Assembly (NCBI GenBank): GCA_963836755.1
Contig: CAWIKF010000001.1
Coordinates: 1 to 64,000 of the forward strand
Source of the DNA: an uncultured Verrucomicrobiae bacterium
GTDB taxonomy: Bacteria; Verrucomicrobiota; Verrucomicrobiia; Chthoniobacterales; Chthoniobacteraceae
Direction of reading: 5' to 3'
Length of the DNA stretch: 64,000 bases
Position 1 is the stretch's first letter; the number at the start of each line of letters is the position of its first letter. Below are positions 58,600 through 64,000 of this stretch, in pieces. The notes beneath the pieces are model-generated. The model did no database searches and was not told where the DNA came from. It saw only the letters and a program-made list of their open reading frames with translations. A program made the translations under genes and the position numbers.

Positions 58600-61500
58600 T
58601 CAATTTCCGTCGAGAATTTTTTTCGCAAGCCGCGAGCGCTTCGGGAAGTTTTGCCGCGTCCTTGCCGCCGCCGCGCGCGCTGTCCGGTTTGCCGCCGCCT
58701 TTGCCGCCGACGATCGGCGCGATCTGCTGGATGATTTTTCCTGCGGAAAACTTTGCGGTGAAATCCGACGAAACGCTCGCGACGAGTCCCACGCTGTGGC
58801 CAGGGTCACGAGACCCCGGCTACAACGACCACGCCTTTGAAAGCCGTGCGACTGTCAGCGCATCGGCAATCGTCTGCAACATCTTCGCCGCTCGCGCCTT
58901 GATTTCGCGATGATCGCCGGCGTGCCGTTGACCGTCGCCGATGATTTCGCGATCAAAGTTTTCGCGCGCCCCGCGGCTTCGCGCTTCTGCGCGGCGCGTT
59001 GAGCGCTTTCTCCAAATCTTTTTGCTGCGCGAGCATCGCATCGAGTTTCTTTTCGATCTCGCCCACCGGCGCGTTGAGCTTCGCGGCAAAGTTTTTCAAA
59101 CGCTCGCTGTCCGCTGCCGCAAAATCGTAGGCATTCAAACCCGCAACCGCCTCGATGCGCCGCACACCCGCCGCGATCGCCGCCTCGCTCACGATTTTGA
59201 AAAGCCCGATCTCGCCCGTGGCGCGCGTGTGCGTGCCGGCGCAGAGCTCCATGCTGTATCCATCGAGCTTCGCGGGCGATCCGCCGATCTGCACCACGCG
59301 CACAACGTCCCCATATTTGTCGCCGAAAAATTGCATCACATCCGGCCGGCCCTTGATCTCGGCGAACGGCACTTCCGTCCATGCCACGCCCGCATTCTCC
59401 ACGATTTTTTCGTTCACCAACTTTTCCATATCGCGCACCTGCGCGGGCGTGAGCGCGGGACTGTTGAAATCAAACGTCAGCTTCTCCGGCCCGACGGACG
59501 ATCCCTTCTGCGTCGCGTCTTTGCTCACCACTTCATGCAGCGCCCAATGCAAAAGATGCGTCACCGTGTGATGCCGCTGGATCGCCGCGCGCCGCGCCGC
59601 ATCGAACTCCACCGTCACATGCTCGCCCGGGCTCGGCGCGTCGCCGCCCTCGATGAAATGCAGCCACGTCGCGCCGCTCTTCTGCGTATTCACGATGCGC
59701 CAAAGTTTCCCCGCGCCCGTCAATTCGCCCGTGTCGCCGACCTGCCCGCCCATCTCCGCGTAGCACACGGAATTATTGAGCACGACCGCCGTCTTCTCCT
59801 TCAGCGCGACCACTTCCTGCACATCGGCGCCGGTGTGATTGTGATCATAGCCAAGAAAATGCGTCGGCTCCTTCGTCTCGATCTGCGAAAGCTCGATCAC
59901 CTGTTTCTTCTGCGCCGCGCGGGCGCGAGAGCGCTGCTCTTCCATCAACTTTTCAAAACCAGCCGTGTCCACGGAAAGCCCGCGCTCGCGAGCCATTAGT
60001 TCCGTGAGGTCGAGCGGAAAGCCCTGTTCATCATAAAGGCGAAAAGCAAACGCGCCCGAGATCACGCGGTCCGTCGCATCGGGAGCGGGCGCATCGGGAG
60101 CGCACGCTTCCAGCGTGCTGTGCTTCGCATCCTGCGGAGCACCTCCGGCAGATCCCGCCGCCCGATCACACCAAGTCCACAACCACGGATAATCCTGACC
60201 CGCCTCGACCGCGCTTTCCGCATTCCCGCAAATGTAAAAAAACTTTTCCTCCACTTCTTCGTCACTGCGCATCAATCGATCATGCGATTCCTTTTCCCAA
60301 ACCGGCGTCCCGCGGTTTCCTTCCAGTTGATTGATCTCGTTTGCCGTGAACGATTTTATGGAATGCGTCAGCTCCGTGAGATTCCAAAAGACCGGCGGGG
60401 TGTCCATATCCGTCGGTTTTATCCACGGCTGCAACAGCACATGGACATGGTCGGGCATGACCACGGCCGCGAACAGATCGTAGCGGATTTGGTCAAAGTG
60501 CAGCAGCGCCTTCAGCACGATATCGCGGGCCGCAGGCGTGAGGATGCGGCGCTGGTGCGTGGTGAAAGTGATATGGTAGATGCCGTGCGGACGCTCGTAG
60601 TGGGGGAGGTTGCGGCGTGAAAAGCGGGCGCCGGGGGCGCGGAGTCTGGTTTGGGTGGTGGGCGTGGGGATGGCATCCGGCAGGATGCCGGATGCGGCAC
60701 GCTGGAAGCGTGCGCTCCCGGTCGCATCCCCGGTCGGACGCTGCGGGAGCGGATCCGTCGGGAGCGCACCCATCTTGGGTGCATCAGCCGGCATCCTGCC
60801 GGCGTCTCCGCTTACCCGCCCAACCTCGCGCTCAAAAAGCTCGATCCCCTTATCCAGCGTCCGATTAAACGCCTCCTCCTCGCGCTTCAGAACTTCCTCA
60901 ATCTGCTTTTGCTTCCCGCGGATCTCGGGGAAGACGTCGCCTATCGTGCGGGCGAGGACGGCGACGAGTTTGTAGAAAAACGGCTCGTGGAAGCCGAGCG
61001 TGCGGCCGTAGCGGACGGCGCGGCGCAGGATGCGGCGCAGGACGTAGTTGCGGTCGGTGTTGCCGGGCTGGATGCCGTCGGCTATCGCAAAACTGAGAGT
61101 GCGGATGTGGTCGGCGATCACGCGAAAGGCGATGTCGAGAGCGATTTGATCGGGAGATACACTGGAAGTCGCATTCTCAGACCCGGTTTTAGGATTCTCA
61201 ACATCCGAACGGGAAACGTCTCTTTGGGGTCGGGAAACGTCTCTTTGGGCTTCGGAAACGTCTCTTTGGGCTTTGGAAACGTCGGCACGGGGTCCGGAAA
61301 CGTCGGTTTGCGGGTGGGAAACGTCTCCTTGGGGTTGGGAAACGTCTGCTTGGGGTTCGGAAACGTCCCGATGCGCTGGAGAAACGTCCGCTTGGGGGTT
61401 GGAAATGCCTTTTTGCCCTGTAGAAACGTCTTTTTCTCCTTCAGAAACCGTTTCCCGCGGGGAACCCGGCGTTTCCGGCGCAGAACCGGTTACTTCGCCT

Positions 61501-62516
61501 GTGCCCGGCAACGTGCTGCGGTAGGTTTTCCCGCTCATCCGCTCCAGCTCGTCGAAGATCGGGCGGAAAATGTCGGTTTCGTAGTTGGAAATCTTGGCGT
61601 TGGCGAAGTCGGTGAAGTTTCGCGTCCCCTGGATGATCGACGTCACGCGCTCGAAGCCCATGCCGGTGTCCACATGTTTCTGCGCGAGCGGGACGAATTC
61701 CGTCGGGAGCGCACCCATCTTGGGTGCATCAGCCGGCATCGTGCCGGCGTCTTCGCTTCGGCTGGAAGCCAAAGCGGGCACGCTGGAAGCGTGCGCTCCC
61801 TTTTCCCTCTGCGGCTGCGCGTTGAACTGGATGAAAACCAAATTCCAGATCTCGATGCATCGCGGGTCGCCTTTGTTCACCAAGGAGCCGCGGGTGTCGC
61901 CGGCCGGCGTCAAATCCACATGCAGCTCGCTGCACGGCCCGCACGGACCGGTATCGCCCATCATCCAAAAGTTATCTTTTTTGTTCCCATTGACGATGTG
62001 AACAGCCGGATCGAGCCCCGCGGCACGAAACTTTTCCGCCAAAAGATCATGCGCCTCCTGGTCGAAATCGCTCGGGTCCCCCGCGCTTTTATCCGGCGAG
62101 TAAACCGTCGCGTAAAGCCGCTCGGCGGGAAATTTCCACCGCTCGACGACCAGCTCCCACGCCCACTCGATCGCTTCCTTTTTGAAGTAATCGCCGAAGC
62201 TCCAGTTGCCGAGCATCTCGAAAAATGTGTGGTGGTAAGTATCGAGCCCGACGTCGTCGAGGTCGTTGTGCTTGCCGCCGGCGCGAATGCACTTTTGCGT
62301 GTCGGCCGCGCGCGTCGGCGAGCCTTTGATCGCGCCGCTCCACGTGTCGACGTCCGGTTTTCTTTCGCCCAAAAAAATCGGCACGAACTGGTTCATCCCC
62401 GCGTTCGTGAAAAGCAAATTCGGCGAGCCGGGCATGAGCGAGCTCGACGGCACGATCGTATGATTTTTCTCGCGGAAAAAATCGAGGAACGACTGGCGGA
62501 TTTGCGCGGAGGTCAT
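58600..62516 (-). CDS. alaS: Alanine--tRNA ligase with three in-frame insertions; last ~400 bp carry several frameshifts
   Basis: [60 protein letters not shown], and GGKGGGKPD in the shifted tail. Confidence 0.96.
58796..58823 (-). repeat. GTAG-type REP-like hairpin inside the alaS C-terminal region
   Basis: Minus strand GTAGCCGGGGTC-TCGT-GACCCTGGCCAC, a 12-bp imperfect stem. Confidence 0.5.
60095..60720 (-). mobile_element. REP-associated tyrosine transposase (RAYT, IS200-like Y1/HUH) cassette, in frame within alaS
   Basis: [22 protein letters not shown] (HUH), [23 protein letters not shown]; perfect 24-bp inverted repeats CGGGAGCGCACGCTTCCAGCGTGC at 60095-60118 and 60697-60720. Confidence 0.92.
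60754..60807. repeat. REP-family copy adjacent to the RAYT cassette
   Basis: TCCGTCGGGAGCGCACCCATCTTGGGTGCATCAGCCGGCATCCTGCCGGCGTCT matches 61699-61752 except at one base. Confidence 0.9.
61212..61463 (-). repeat. 21-bp tandem array (12 units, core GGAAACGTC) translated as DVSxxQx heptads inside alaS
   Basis: Units such as ggaaacgtctctttgggcttc in 21-bp register; degenerate flanks extend to about 61150-61505. Confidence 0.92.
61705..61800. repeat. 96-bp REP doublet (REPIN-like) in frame within alaS
   Basis: GGGAGCGCACCCATCTTGGGTGC ... GCACGCTGGAAGCGTGCGCTCCC; the right arm is identical to the RAYT-flanking repeat. Confidence 0.9.
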
Positions 62517-62555
62517 GAAAAAAGGAGGCGAATCTACGCCAGCGCGCGCCGCGCG

Positions 62556-63983
62556 TCACGCCGCGAGTGCGTCGGCGACCATTTTCAGGTCGGCGACAAA
62601 GTGCGCGTATTCGCGCTCGCGAGCCGCCTCGTCCGGCGCGCGGAGGAGCGACGAGGGATGCACGGTGACGAGCGTTTTTTTGGAAAAGTCCGACGTCAAA
62701 AACTGCCCGCGATCCTTCGTCACGCGGATCGCCGGCCCGAGCACCGCGCCCGCCGCCGTCGCGCCGAGGCAGACGAGAATCTCCGGCTGGATGATGCGCA
62801 TCTCGGCCTCGAGCCACGGCTTGCACGCGGCGATCTCACGCGCGCCAGGCTTTTTGTGCAGACGCCGTTTTCCGCGCGGCTCCCACTTGAAATGTTTGAC
62901 GGCATTCGTCACGTAAACCGCCGTCCGATCCACGCCCGCCTCGACCAGCGCGCGGTCGAGCAGCTTCCCCGCCGGGCCGATGAACGGCCTGCCCGCGAGG
63001 TCTTCCTGGTCGCCCGGCTGCTCGCCGACGAAGACGACTTTCGCGCCGGGCGGCCCTTCGCCGAAAACCGTTTGCGTCCCGTTTTTCCAAAGCGGACAGG
63101 CGCGGCAATCCTTCGATGCGGCGCGAACTTTTTCCAGGCTCGTGGTGTTCGGCACCGGCGCGGGCGCAAAGTTTTCCGCGCTCTCGTCGACGTCCGTTTT
63201 ACTTTTGCGAATCATTTTTTCCATTCGCCGGGGCGCTTCACTCAGCAACGCTGGGATCAGCGCCGCCTCGGGCAAATTCTTCCAATACTTTTTCGGCATC
63301 TCCGCCTGCATCGCGTGCACTTTCACGCGCGCGGGATTGAAAATATTCGCGTAATACGTGCGCCACATTTCCTCCATCTCGTCATCGCGCGGCGCGGCGG
63401 CTTTGGTCACGCCAGCGCTGATGGCAAGCCGCTCGCCGTCCCAATGCGCGCAGCGGTCGGGCGTCAAAATCGCCCAGCGCATGTTCGCAAAACGATCGAC
63501 GAAAAATTTCGCGTTCGCCTCGACGATGTGATGCGACGGCTCGAACCACGCGACGTAAAAAGTTTCGCCGTTTTCCTCCGCGCGCACTTCGCGAAAGCGG
63601 ACGAAGGCGCGCATTTTATGGATGTCGTGCCGCACGGACTTTTCCATCTCGGCCAGCTCGCGCACATCGGCATCGACGGCGATGTCGAGGAGCTTCGGCT
63701 CGCCGTGCGTGAGCCGCCAGAGCACGCGATAAAGCAGCGCCCATCGGCGCTCGTCGCGATGCAGCGCAACGGTCTTTGCGAGTTTGAAAAAAGTTTTTGG
63801 CACCAGAAACCTCGCACCATTTTTCTGCGCCGGCTCCTCTGCTTCGTCGAATAAATCAAGTGCCGGCTGCTCCGCGGTCAGTTCCTGCCAATGAACCGTG
63901 TTCGGCTCCAGGCCTTGATTCAGCGCCGATCGCGCCGCGCGCTGCCAGCCGGCAAAAGTCGGCGCGAAGGTGATCTGTTTCAC
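62556..63983 (-). CDS. udgX: DUF4130 domain fused to UdgX-family uracil-DNA binding protein
   Basis: RHDIHKMRAFVRF, WFEPSH, EMPKKYWKNLPEA; then CRACPL, VGEQPGDQED, KHFKW..GKRRLH, VHPS. Confidence 0.9.
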   Translation of the reverse strand: MKQITFAPTFAGWQRAARSALNQGLEPNTVHWQELTAEQPALDLFDEAEEPAQKNGARFLVPKTFFKLAKTVALHRDERRWALLYRVLWRLTHGEPKLLDIAVDADVRELAEMEKSVRHDIHKMRAFVRFREVRAEENGETFYVAWFEPSHHIVEANAKFFVDRFANMRWAILTPDRCAHWDGERLAISAGVTKAAAPRDDEMEEMWRTYYANIFNPARVKVHAMQAEMPKKYWKNLPEAALIPALLSEAPRRMEKMIRKSKTDVDESAENFAPAPVPNTTSLEKVRAASKDCRACPLWKNGTQTVFGEGPPGAKVVFVGEQPGDQEDLAGRPFIGPAGKLLDRALVEAGVDRTAVYVTNAVKHFKWEPRGKRRLHKKPGAREIAACKPWLEAEMRIIQPEILVCLGATAAGAVLGPAIRVTKDRGQFLTSDFSKKTLVTVHPSSLLRAPDEAAREREYAHFVADLKMVADALAA

Positions 63984-64000
63984 AACTCGCCGCTCAACAC
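63980..64000 (-). CDS. 3' end of an upstream gene, possibly the radical SAM partner usually found before DUF4130/UdgX
   Basis: Minus strand reads VLSGEL* with a GTGA overlap onto the udgX start; identity is inferred from gene context only. Confidence 0.4.
   Translation of the reverse strand: MLSGEL

Noticed and set aside
60075..60820. Intein or group I/II intron in alaS
   Set aside because: No N-terminal Cys/Ser block or C-terminal His-Asn, and no LAGLIDADG or RT motifs; the insert has HUH/Y1 motifs and REP ends.
60651..63854. 1067-aa + strand ORF
   Set aside because: Antisense shadow of alaS and udgX with no recognisable motifs; expected in high-GC DNA.

Overview
High-GC bacterial chromosome segment; gene content and style suggest Verrucomicrobia (Chthoniobacterales-like), which is an inference. 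In order: a partial tRNA-Glu; a PabB/TrpE-family gene; an SDR-GH15-ASRT trio; a ~17 kb divergent MoxR/DUF58/vWA/DUF4159 cluster whose right arm continues into a SagB-type dehydrogenase, an OYE-GltD fusion flavoprotein and YcaO; esterases; housekeeping and envelope genes (amidase, dgt, PGM, lnt, GT4); a pectin/uronate cluster (PL4, exuT, uxaC, GH5, GH2-GH127); carA; alaS; and a DUF4130-UdgX fusion. The standout is alaS, which stays in frame through three large insertions. These are a complete REP-associated tyrosine (HUH/Y1) transposase between perfect 24-bp inverted REP repeats, a 96-bp REP doublet of the same family, and a 21-bp tandem array. A local C-to-G strand skew flip appears to be centred on the transposase. 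Two more 21-bp palindromic arrays are intergenic. A small CCCC-containing ORF may be either a YcaO substrate or a detached DUF4159 N-terminus. Several single-base frameshifts look like sequencing error. All family assignments come from motif recognition by eye; no searches were run.
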